64,000 bases of DNA from an uncultured virus (IMG/VR IMGVR_UViG_3300022927_000007) (lineage: Duplodnaviria; Heunggongvirae; Uroviricota; Caudoviricetes): IMG/VR virus record IMGVR_UViG_3300022927_000007; one strand, written 5' to 3'. Each line of letters starts with the position of its first letter. The stretch's first letter is position 1. A model generated the notes under the pieces. That model was not told the origin of the DNA and searched no databases. It saw nothing but the letters and a program-made list of their open reading frames with translations. Below, piece by piece: positions 9,744 through 18,729 of this stretch. The position numbers and the translations under genes were made by a program.

Positions 9744-10533
9744 TGTATTTCTCCATAATTTGATTACAAAATTTATCTTCTGTATAATGAAATACACCTA
9801 ACTGACTATAATTTCCTATTTTTAAGTTACATTCATCATCCATATAATACGGAATGTCATCTAACCAATTATCACTTGGATTACTCCAGTCTTGTACTTT
9901 TGATTTCATGTGAGTAAATGATAATAAGTTGCAAGAGTATTTTTCTAAATTAGTATTTAAAACTGCTATTGCATGATTGATATCCATACTACTTAACCTA
10001 GGCTTTAATTTCTTTAAGTAAATATTGTAAAATTCCTCATGATTTTTACAAACTAATTCTAGATGTTTATAATATTGTAATCCAATATCGTTCTTTTTAA
10101 AATAATGAAATGCACAATACACGTTTGGTAAGTTATTTTTTATAAATGCTTGTCTATAATAATTATCTTTAACTATAGTACCTTTATATGTTTGAACATT
10201 TGTAGTAAAGCATACGTCATATTTTTCTAAATAGGTCCAAACATGGTCTATATTAGATAAAAATATCATGTCAGTATCTAAAACAATAGTTTCTGTATAG
10301 GGAGTTACATGAAAGATTTTCCAACGATCTTCAGTACGATAAAAGTCGGTGCCAGATTGCCAAGGTATAGCAATTACATTATCAAATACATTACGATACT
10401 CATCTGGAAGTTTATCATTAGTAATAATAGAAACACTATTAATTTCTTGTGTTTTCTTAATACTCAATGCGCAAAGATATGCCTGTTTCACATAATCTTT
10501 GCCTGAAGCCATCATTACATATCCTTTAGACAT
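9733..10533 (-). CDS. GT8-like (GT-A) glycosyltransferase
   Basis: DYVKQAYLCALSIK, TPYTETIVLDTDMIF (DxD), C-terminal HY. Confidence 0.7.
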   Translation of the reverse strand: MSKGYVMMASGKDYVKQAYLCALSIKKTQEINSVSIITNDKLPDEYRNVFDNVIAIPWQSGTDFYRTEDRWKIFHVTPYTETIVLDTDMIFLSNIDHVWTYLEKYDVCFTTNVQTYKGTIVKDNYYRQAFIKNNLPNVYCAFHYFKKNDIGLQYYKHLELVCKNHEEFYNIYLKKLKPRLSSMDINHAIAVLNTNLEKYSCNLLSFTHMKSKVQDWSNPSDNWLDDIPYYMDDECNLKIGNYSQLGVFHYTEDKFCNQIMEKYNVC

Positions 10534-11356
10534 TTATTAACTTATCCAAACTAAATTTATTCATTACGTGTACATTCATATTATTTGTTGATGCTAATGT
10601 ATACTCGCCATGAATATTCTCCTTTTCAAGAAGAAATGTTAATTGTTCATCGTGTAGCTTATGTAAAATATCTCTATCTAGAGAATAATATAACTTTCCA
10701 GGCAACGATTTAGCCCAGTCTAAATCTTTAAATCCGTTCAGTATGTGTATTGCAATACTAAACGCATGATCATTTCTAAAGTTACGAGATCCTAGATCAT
10801 AAACATATTGATAATGTTCCCAATTGTTTACTACATAATTTAATATAGTAAAGAATGTTTTAATTTCTGGCGTTTTTTTAAAATAAAATATTGAAGCCCA
10901 ATAAAATGGAATACCCTTATCATTAATATAATCAAATTCTTTATGCTTGCGCCATGATGCTACATCAATACATTCTTTATAGATTTGAAATTCATGGATG
11001 CTATCAAATGCGTGTTTCAATGTATCATTACAAATAATAATATCAGTGTCTAATACTAAGGTCTGATTATAAGGAGTTAACTCATAACTGTTAGACCTAC
11101 CAAAATTTTTAAAATATAAAGTTTTATAAGTTTCTTGGCCGTTTCGATATCGTTTAAAATTATTATCTGAGTCGCTGATAGTAATAACGTTATCAAATAT
11201 TTTTCTATAACTGCTATTAATTGCATCTGGAGTTGAAGTTACAACCGTAGTGGGCAAGTTTAAATGCTTGCGAATTCGATTAGCAAGCAAAACTGCTTGC
11301 TTTACATAATCAATTTCACCATTATTATTTGCAAAGCATAATACACCTTTACTCAT
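10526..11356 (-). CDS. GT8-like (GT-A) glycosyltransferase
   Basis: DYVKQA, TPYNQTLVLDTDIII (DxD), RNDHAFSIA. Paralogue of 9733..10533. Confidence 0.7.
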   Translation of the reverse strand: MSKGVLCFANNNGEIDYVKQAVLLANRIRKHLNLPTTVVTSTPDAINSSYRKIFDNVITISDSDNNFKRYRNGQETYKTLYFKNFGRSNSYELTPYNQTLVLDTDIIICNDTLKHAFDSIHEFQIYKECIDVASWRKHKEFDYINDKGIPFYWASIFYFKKTPEIKTFFTILNYVVNNWEHYQYVYDLGSRNFRNDHAFSIAIHILNGFKDLDWAKSLPGKLYYSLDRDILHKLHDEQLTFLLEKENIHGEYTLASTNNMNVHVMNKFSLDKLINV

Positions 11357-11696
11357 TAACTAAGCCTTCAACATTTCTTTTAGCTGTAAGGATTGTGTAT
11401 TCAGAATAGTATCTATTAGATGCTGTAACATATTGCTGTTTTGCTAAATTAACAAACTGTTTTAGATCTTCGACTAATACTGGGGTGTCGTTATCATCTG
11501 TAATTACTGTTTTCTTAACATCGAGCATTAGTAGATTAGAAACAAAAGAAAATAACTCTTTTGAAACAGTGAATCTTCCGCCTAAGTGATACAGTACTAA
11601 GTCTTCTTGATATTTTTGTTGCAATAGTCGCTTTTGTGTACTAAGTGTCGCAGAAAAATTAGCAAACTCTAATGCTTTCTTTAGATCGTTATCCAT
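11349..11696 (-). CDS. Hypothetical protein (first gene of the GT/radical-SAM cluster)
   Basis: AGGAG Shine-Dalgarno and a TAAATA motif upstream. Confidence 0.7.
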   Translation of the reverse strand: MDNDLKKALEFANFSATLSTQKRLLQQKYQEDLVLYHLGGRFTVSKELFSFVSNLLMLDVKKTVITDDNDTPVLVEDLKQFVNLAKQQYVTASNRYYSEYTILTAKRNVEGLVNE

Positions 11697-11722
11697 AGTT
11701 ATACTCCTAGTTAAGTATAAAC

Positions 11723-11728
11723 TATTTA
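11723..11728 (-). promoter_or_regulatory. Late-promoter-like motif TAAATA upstream of the GT/radical-SAM cluster
   Basis: Core of the T4 late promoter TATAAATA in the intergenic gap; the same motif recurs before many structural genes. Confidence 0.5.
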
Positions 11729-11731
11729 ATC

Positions 11732-12646
11732 TTAGAGGTTGTCAGTTGTATTGAAAGTTGGCGCTGGAACGTTAACACTACTTGCGTTATTTGGTCTTCT
11801 TTGTTGTATTGTACTTGTTGTTGTAGCCGTTACTGCTTCGTCAAAGTTGGGATTAGGGCCTTTATCTTCATTGAATGTAACACGGAACGTTAGTACTGCA
11901 CCATTTTTCTGTGCTTCAACTAAGTAATCATTGGCTCCGTACGCACTTGCTGTCTTGTTAAACACTGCTGTATAAGAGCCAGGTAAGTTTGAATATCCAT
12001 AATTAGTGCCAGTTGAACCGTTGCTTGTTGTACTTCTGCCAAATACTACAGTTCCTACGCTAGTCATCAAATTTCTCCAGTCGTTGTTAATTGGAGTATT
12101 TCCTGAACCAATAGTACCACTTAGGTTAATAGTTCCGCCTGCGTTAAAAAATACACGCATATGTTCTGCACCACTAATTGTAGTTGTAGAACCGTCGCCG
12201 TTTGTTACAGCATAACCGGGGAACGTTACTGTAAATATGTGGTTAATATCAGTTGACCAACTTGCAGTTCTTTGACTTGATGTTCCTGCCTGCAATCCTG
12301 TTTGGTTTGCATTAACATTGAGTCTTGCGCCTTGACATGTAATACTCAAGGATTCGTACTGTACATATCCTTCTTTTGATATAGTATTGCTTTCCTCAAC
12401 AGTATCGCCTACTGATGGTTGTGCAATTTCTGTAGGTACTGCACCAGTTTGGTGTAGTCTAATTCTATACATGTCATTGTAAAGTTTGACCATGTCGGCA
12501 GCTTGCACTGTTGCGCCTGAAGAAATTGTAGCACTTTCAACTGCTTGTCCGTATCCTTCGTCTCCGGAACCGAGCCCTAAGACTGCGGCAATTCTTGCTC
12601 GAATAATGTTGTACCTTGCCGCGGTAATTGTATCGCCTACTGCCAT
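11732..12646 (-). CDS. Virion structural protein (tail-associated)
   Basis: G/T/S/N-rich beta-type composition; lies downstream of fibre genes; TATAAGTA motif at 12665-12672. Confidence 0.6.
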   Translation of the reverse strand: MAVGDTITAARYNIIRARIAAVLGLGSGDEGYGQAVESATISSGATVQAADMVKLYNDMYRIRLHQTGAVPTEIAQPSVGDTVEESNTISKEGYVQYESLSITCQGARLNVNANQTGLQAGTSSQRTASWSTDINHIFTVTFPGYAVTNGDGSTTTISGAEHMRVFFNAGGTINLSGTIGSGNTPINNDWRNLMTSVGTVVFGRSTTSNGSTGTNYGYSNLPGSYTAVFNKTASAYGANDYLVEAQKNGAVLTFRVTFNEDKGPNPNFDEAVTATTTSTIQQRRPNNASSVNVPAPTFNTTDNL

Positions 12647-12667
12647 AATATGTTTCCTCTTCTATAC

Positions 12668-14146
12668 TTATACTTTAAGTACGCACTCAACTAATTTTTC
12701 TGACTCTTCAGTGTTTGATTCCAATGCAATACCAACTAAATTTCCGCCATTGATTACTGTATTTGCTGTACCGTTGTCTCCAACATATACTGCCTGTCCT
12801 TTTTTAACTGAACCTGTTACTCTTACAGGAACACGACCTTTTAGTGCAATGTACTGTCCGTCTGCTTCTGAATTCATCATAAATGCAGGATCAGTCGATA
12901 CAACACCAATTGCTATATCACCTACTTTTGTAGGTTCTACTTCGTGATCAGGATGATCGCAAACTGCTACTACTGTACCAAATGGTAATTCTTCGTTTGT
13001 TGAATATTTTTCTGCTAAGTCAGCATATCTAGCACTAGTTGAAATACCATTAAACACATTAGCAGATAAGTTACCTGAACTATCTCTAACTGCTACAGTA
13101 TTATTTGTTGCGTTTACATCACCTGTTCTAAAGTTTGCACCAACTTGTAGGTTAGTTGCATTTGTAGCAAGACCGTTAAATGTAGTTGCGTACATGTTTC
13201 TAAACTTAAAGTTTGAAGTGCCAACGTCGTATGTTGTCGTAGATGTTGGAATTAGTCCAACAGCCGAAACATGGAATGGTTCAGTTGTTACGCCTCCAAC
13301 AGATTTAACTCTAAACCTAATCTTTTGTCCAGTAGTATTCTCAATAACACCTTCGTCACCAGTTCCTGCTTGGTCAATATATACTGCTAAGTCGTTTGCC
13401 GCGCCGACTGTAAATCCAACATCGCCAAATCTAACAACACTAGTAAAATTTGCGTTACCTGAAAGTGCATATGCCGAAGCTAGTTGACCGTTTAATCGGT
13501 CTGAATCAGTTGCAGTTCCCCAAAATCTATGAGTACTTGATGTAACACCTGTTGATCCTGTGTTTCGTAAGGTAACACCTTGTCTAATTACATCAAAACC
13601 TGTAATTACATTCGAAGGATCTGTTTGGTCAATAGTAAATTCGGCATTACTAATAATAAATTGTACGCCGTCTTCGACTGTACCTTTAATAATAGTTCTA
13701 TTTGTTAGGGTAGTATCTCTTACTTGCGAAGTAACCATAGCTGTTACTGTATCACCAATAGATTGTGGACCAATTAGGACAAATCCACCGTCGCTATTTT
13801 GTGCATACAGTTGGTTATTTGATGTATCCCACCAAAAATCACCAGTAGTTAATCCAACTGGTTGTGTGCCGGATACTTCAGCTCCGCCTGTTGTTCTAAA
13901 TTTTGTGCCGTCATAAAACTTGAGCTTCTTTAAGCTACTATCAAACCAAATCTGACCGCTTAATGGGTTAGCAGGTGAATTGCCGCTAGAGAAGTTTTCA
14001 AGTAAATGTACAAAGTTTTCGTTTTGAATTTCACCATAACCGGCATAGTTTTTACCTACTAACTTAATAGTAGTACTTTGGTCAATGGTTCCGTCCTCGA
14101 CAGTGGCTAACTGTTGTCCATTTGTTAAATTAATTATATATGCCAT
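12668..14146 (-). CDS. Tail fibre-like protein with C-terminal ADLAE (intramolecular-chaperone-like) domain
   Basis: Shared N-terminal module MAY.IN...ENF..LLENF...GQIW. C-terminal YADLAEKY...GVVST.P...ALKGRVPVRV.G. Confidence 0.7.
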   Translation of the reverse strand: MAYIINLTNGQQLATVEDGTIDQSTTIKLVGKNYAGYGEIQNENFVHLLENFSSGNSPANPLSGQIWFDSSLKKLKFYDGTKFRTTGGAEVSGTQPVGLTTGDFWWDTSNNQLYAQNSDGGFVLIGPQSIGDTVTAMVTSQVRDTTLTNRTIIKGTVEDGVQFIISNAEFTIDQTDPSNVITGFDVIRQGVTLRNTGSTGVTSSTHRFWGTATDSDRLNGQLASAYALSGNANFTSVVRFGDVGFTVGAANDLAVYIDQAGTGDEGVIENTTGQKIRFRVKSVGGVTTEPFHVSAVGLIPTSTTTYDVGTSNFKFRNMYATTFNGLATNATNLQVGANFRTGDVNATNNTVAVRDSSGNLSANVFNGISTSARYADLAEKYSTNEELPFGTVVAVCDHPDHEVEPTKVGDIAIGVVSTDPAFMMNSEADGQYIALKGRVPVRVTGSVKKGQAVYVGDNGTANTVINGGNLVGIALESNTEESEKLVECVLKV

Positions 14147-14174
14147 TTACTAATACCCCTAATTGTGTTATATG

Positions 14175-14182
14175 TATTTATA
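14175..14182 (-). promoter_or_regulatory. T4-type late promoter TATAAATA
   Basis: Exact T4 late consensus 29 nt upstream of the 14146 start. Confidence 0.65.
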
Positions 14183-16013
14183 CTAAAACGCCCGGAGTTA
14201 GGTCTTGCACATATGTCCATACTCCTCCTACTACTCTATACAGTTTTAACGAACGTTGTACGGTTGAACTAATCGAACCAGTAGCGTTATTAAATGTAGC
14301 ACTGTTAATTACACTTACAGATCCGTTGTCATTACCGCTGATATCTAATGCTTGTACAATAGTTGTTGATTCATTAAACGCAGTGTCTAGTGCAGAACCT
14401 GTTAGCGTAGCTGTAGCACCTGTTGTAGTTGTGCAATGTATTCTTGCTTCTGTATTATCTTGTTTATTTCCTGATGGAACAATGTCATTTAAAATAATGC
14501 CAACATTAGTATTAAGTTGTGCGCCGGTTCCTAACCCTGTAACATCAAGAGTTAAAGGAATTACTTCTAAATTAATCTGACTGTCAACATAATTTTTTGT
14601 AGCAACATCTTGAGGAGCAACTGGATCTAATACATTTCTAATTTTTCTACTAGTAACAAAATTTAAATCACCAGCAAGTGTTGCATTTAATCCGTTGCCG
14701 CTTCCGTCAACAGCATTAGTAACAACAGAAATACCGCCTGGAAAACTAATATTGCCAATAGCTGCCGATGTCAGTGTACCTAACTGTGTAATACCACTTG
14801 CATTAGAGCCTGTAATAATATCAACCCCATTGAATTTAAGTGATCCTGATCCTGTAATATTAATGCTTGTATTTGATGTCCACGCATTAGTTACATTTCG
14901 CCATAAAAATTCTTTGTTGCCGTTTGCCGACTTAACAATAATACCAGATTCATCAACTTGTGCATCTGTTAATAATGTACTATCTCCTGCATCAGCAAGA
15001 GTAATACTTTTATCTTTAACAACAAGTTCTTCAGTTCCAATAGTAACAGTATCACCATCTACTATAAGACTTCCTGTAACTCTTAAATCGCCGCCAACAT
15101 CTAATGTGTATGATGGATTATCATTATAAATTCCAACACGGCTATTCTGCGATTTAATACTTAGTGCATTTTGAATACCAGAACTATTACGCATTTGAAT
15201 AGTATAATTTTGATTTGAAATTTCGTTTAGAGCAACAACGCCTTGACTAGTTACTTTTAAAACATGGTTCTCAGATAATCCTACTGTAAGTCCGCCGTTG
15301 TTTCTAACAATTAATGCACCAGTAGTTGTATCGTCACTATCACTTGCTAGGAACTGACCGGCTCCTCGCTCTACTCCAGCATCATCAACTAGCTTTCTAG
15401 TATTGTTTGCTGTTCCAGCAAAAATAAAATCACTGTCAACAACGTTAAATCCTTTAACTACATCTCCAGTAAAACCTGGAATTGTATCTACATTCTGTGG
15501 AGTGAATCCAATTTTACTCCATAAGCCAACTAAAGAGCCGCCAACCCAATACTTAACAATAGTTCTACTTGTACCTGTACTATCAAGCACAGTAATAACT
15601 TGTGGGCCCGAGCGTCCTTGGAACGCATTATAAATAGGTCCTGCTAATTCTAAATCAGTGCCGTCAAAAAAGTAAAGTTGATTAGAATCGTTGTTAATCC
15701 AAAGATCACCTGCAACCATTACTGGCTGTGTAGGTTGCACAATTGGGCCTCCGCCAGTTGTCCAGTTAGTTCCAGTGTAAACTTTTAATCTTGATACTGA
15801 TGAATCCCACCAAATTTGCCCTGATAAAGGATTAGCTGGTGCTGATGAACCTGAAAAGTTTTCTAGCAGTCTTATAAAGTTTTCGTTAAATGCTTCACCA
15901 AAACCCGAATATCCTTTTCCTACTAGTGTAATATCAGTAGTTGAAGCGTCAATTTGTCCATCTGCGAGATTAACTAATAATGCTCCGTTTGTTTTATTAA
16001 TTTGATATGCCAT
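14178..16013 (-). CDS. Tail fibre / baseplate-attached structural protein
   Basis: Same N-terminal module as its neighbours; VGI...P.YTLDVGG fibre-type repeat; QDVATKNYVD motif. Confidence 0.7.
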   Translation of the reverse strand: MAYQINKTNGALLVNLADGQIDASTTDITLVGKGYSGFGEAFNENFIRLLENFSGSSAPANPLSGQIWWDSSVSRLKVYTGTNWTTGGGPIVQPTQPVMVAGDLWINNDSNQLYFFDGTDLELAGPIYNAFQGRSGPQVITVLDSTGTSRTIVKYWVGGSLVGLWSKIGFTPQNVDTIPGFTGDVVKGFNVVDSDFIFAGTANNTRKLVDDAGVERGAGQFLASDSDDTTTGALIVRNNGGLTVGLSENHVLKVTSQGVVALNEISNQNYTIQMRNSSGIQNALSIKSQNSRVGIYNDNPSYTLDVGGDLRVTGSLIVDGDTVTIGTEELVVKDKSITLADAGDSTLLTDAQVDESGIIVKSANGNKEFLWRNVTNAWTSNTSINITGSGSLKFNGVDIITGSNASGITQLGTLTSAAIGNISFPGGISVVTNAVDGSGNGLNATLAGDLNFVTSRKIRNVLDPVAPQDVATKNYVDSQINLEVIPLTLDVTGLGTGAQLNTNVGIILNDIVPSGNKQDNTEARIHCTTTTGATATLTGSALDTAFNESTTIVQALDISGNDNGSVSVINSATFNNATGSISSTVQRSLKLYRVVGGVWTYVQDLTPGVLV

Positions 16014-16016
16014 TTA

Positions 16017-18098
16017 TTAGCCCCCAACTCCTGTATAGATAATATATTTGACTGTTAAGAACGGGTTCATAACATTGTATGGCGTACCTAACTCAGTAAC
16101 ATCAAATGTCTCGTATTCTTCAAGTCCTGTATTTGCATTATAAGTAATATTTCTTCTATTTAGAACTCCGCCTGAACTTGTACGTGCTTGTCCTGCTCCT
16201 GAACCTGTTGGAGCATCATATGGAATAGTATCAGCATCTTGCTGTACACCACTATCGTCAAGTATTACATAGAATTGAGCACCTTTTGGTGATCTTAAAT
16301 CGTGTTCGTGTTCTGGCAAGTTTTTAACGTCAATTGCTCTACTTTCAACACCCGAACCAAGACCAACTGTATCAGCGTTAACATCTGAAACTCTATTAGC
16401 ACTTGTACCGCCCATATTGTCAGCACCTAGTGGGAATCTACCTCTTAGATCAGGTACACCAAAGAAACCTGATTGTACCTGGCTTTGGTCTTTAAACTGA
16501 TATAAAATTGTGTTATACAATGTAAGATAATCTGAAATTCTATATTCTGTACCGTCACATAACAACCATCCTGGAGGAATATTAATACCTGCATAAGGTA
16601 TAATAGTAGCAATAGGAATAACTGGAACACTACTTACAAGTGCTTGTTGACTAATTTTAAACACGCCGGTATTGTCGCCGGAGATTCTGTTAATAATAAT
16701 TTCGTCATCATTATTTGGTACTGTTGTTAATTGTTTGTTAGCAATAAATGTGTTACTAATTGATGTTGTAAATGTCTTAGATGTTCCACCTACTTGTCCG
16801 TCAAAGGTAATTTGGTTTGAACTAACATCGCCGGAAATTTGGAAGGTTGTCGCACTGGTTAACTTGTTTGCGTTTGTAGCACCACCTGTTACTGTACCGG
16901 TAATGTTACCAATTAAGTTTCCTCTAAATTCAACAGCATTTACAGTTGCCCAACGTTTTTCGGAACTACCTAGTGAATATGTTTGTGTTGCATTAGGTAA
17001 AATTGATCCTGTTGTGCTATTACCGGCAACATTTAAGTCTGTTCCAACAAATAGTTTCTTAGCAATACCAACGCCGCCGCTAATCTTAACAGCGCCTGTT
17101 CCAATACTAGCACTGTCAGTAGTACCTTGCACAATTAAGTTTGCGCTTGTTTGAATTGAGCCTAATACGTCTAATGCTTCTGCTGGACTTAATGTGTTAA
17201 TACCTACTTTTTCTGTAGAGTCAATTCTAATTACGTTTTTTTGCAATCCTAAGTTATTAACTTTAAAGTCAATTGGTGCTCCTGAGGTTAAGTTAGTAAT
17301 AACGCCTGAAGTTCCTTGAACGTCGAATGTTACACTTGCAGTTTGTCCAACTTGTAGTCCTTTGTTGTTACTAATAATAATCTGTTGATCGGAAGTACTT
17401 GTTTTGTCACTTCTTAAAAATTTAGTAGCACTAACTATTTCACCGCTTACAATAAGATTTTCAGCTTTTTCACTTGTACCTAAATATTTGCTAATACCGC
17501 TACCACCAATATTTGCAGTTGAAAGATTAAGTCCTGGTTGAATAATTGTAAATCCTGCAATTGTACTCTTTGGCTGGAATGTTTTAGTACTGTAAATTGC
17601 TACAGGTTGTCCTGCTACTTCAATTTGCAAGATGGTATATAGTACTTCGTCTTTACCCGTTACTACTACTGGCTTTGCACCTGTTAGCAAACCGTCACTA
17701 TATTCTGGTCCAACTAGTGTCCATCCTGAACCTGTAAAAATGTAAAGCTGATTGTTATCAGTATCTGACCATAAGTCGCCAGTTAATGCATTTGCAACAT
17801 CTGGAGCAGTATTTCCTTTTTTCAAACCACTTGCATTAACCCATCCAGTACCATCATAAATTTTAAGGGTATCAATACCCACTGAAGTGTCGTACCATAG
17901 CTGTCCTTGAATTGGACTTCTTGGCTCGTTTGCATTTGCAAAGTTTTCTAGTAGTTTTAAAAAGTTTTCTGAAATAACAGAACCGTAGCTAGTTGTATTA
18001 CGTCCTGGAAGATCTAAACTAGTTTGCTGATTAATTGTACTATCTTCAATTGAAATAGTACCTTTGTTGCTGTCTGAATAGTTAATTGTATATGCCAT
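16017..18098 (-). CDS. Tail fibre protein with tail-collar domain
   Basis: Shared N-terminal module; collar motif PIATIIPYAG..PPGWLLCDG...PDLRGRFPLG; C-terminal NVMNPFLTVKYII. Confidence 0.8.
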   Translation of the reverse strand: MAYTINYSDSNKGTISIEDSTINQQTSLDLPGRNTTSYGSVISENFLKLLENFANANEPRSPIQGQLWYDTSVGIDTLKIYDGTGWVNASGLKKGNTAPDVANALTGDLWSDTDNNQLYIFTGSGWTLVGPEYSDGLLTGAKPVVVTGKDEVLYTILQIEVAGQPVAIYSTKTFQPKSTIAGFTIIQPGLNLSTANIGGSGISKYLGTSEKAENLIVSGEIVSATKFLRSDKTSTSDQQIIISNNKGLQVGQTASVTFDVQGTSGVITNLTSGAPIDFKVNNLGLQKNVIRIDSTEKVGINTLSPAEALDVLGSIQTSANLIVQGTTDSASIGTGAVKISGGVGIAKKLFVGTDLNVAGNSTTGSILPNATQTYSLGSSEKRWATVNAVEFRGNLIGNITGTVTGGATNANKLTSATTFQISGDVSSNQITFDGQVGGTSKTFTTSISNTFIANKQLTTVPNNDDEIIINRISGDNTGVFKISQQALVSSVPVIPIATIIPYAGINIPPGWLLCDGTEYRISDYLTLYNTILYQFKDQSQVQSGFFGVPDLRGRFPLGADNMGGTSANRVSDVNADTVGLGSGVESRAIDVKNLPEHEHDLRSPKGAQFYVILDDSGVQQDADTIPYDAPTGSGAGQARTSSGGVLNRRNITYNANTGLEEYETFDVTELGTPYNVMNPFLTVKYIIYTGVGG

Positions 18099-18709
18099 TA
18101 TTCATTAAACCCCGATAAACTTTGTACACGCACAGTGTAATCGATTTGAATAAGTCTATTCAAACTTTTTTGTACTGGGTGGAAAATAACATGTGTTAAT
18201 AGTCTACCTTGACCTGAAGGACTATAACTTACTAATCCTAATTCGTCAAATACATATAAACTATCTGCATTAGTAGCGTTGTCTACAGCATCTTGGCCAC
18301 TTGGTTCACCATAGTCAAGTAAACAAGTTACAAGAATATCTGTATAATTTGTACCACTAACGTGTCTTGATTCAATTTTGTTACGAGCAGGGTCGGTGTT
18401 GTTTACACTTCTATCGTCAACTACTTTAATAAATGTTTGGTTATAAAGACTAGCATTAGTACCCGTACTGTTAGGTGTAAGGTATGTAATAATTCCAGTT
18501 GGGTCAATGCTTGTGCCTCCATTACCAAATGCCATTTGATATATAAAGCCTTGTCCTGCGTTAGCTAAACTTTCTGCAAGTGAGATACTCATGTTCTCGT
18601 AATGTATTGCATTACGTTTATCTACAATAACTTCGCCCGTTTCTGGATTAGAAATTTTAATGTGTCCTTGGAGCATAACTCCGTTTTCTTCTTTTATGTT
18701 ATCCATCAT
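18098..18709 (-). CDS. Baseplate / fibre-attachment structural protein
   Basis: Lies between the giant wedge gene and the fibre genes; ELGL...LLTH..F.PVQK pattern; ATAAATA motif at 18727-18733. Confidence 0.55.
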   Translation of the reverse strand: MMDNIKEENGVMLQGHIKISNPETGEVIVDKRNAIHYENMSISLAESLANAGQGFIYQMAFGNGGTSIDPTGIITYLTPNSTGTNASLYNQTFIKVVDDRSVNNTDPARNKIESRHVSGTNYTDILVTCLLDYGEPSGQDAVDNATNADSLYVFDELGLVSYSPSGQGRLLTHVIFHPVQKSLNRLIQIDYTVRVQSLSGFNE

Positions 18710-18729
18710 ACCTTTTTCCTATACTGTAT

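Noticed and set aside
1..11696. The cluster as a DNA hypermodification or queuosine/7-deazaguanine pathway
   Set aside because: No recognisable folE/queC/queD/dpdA, thymidylate-synthase-like or nucleotide kinase genes in view, and the context is late and structural. Not fully excluded because the cluster is truncated.
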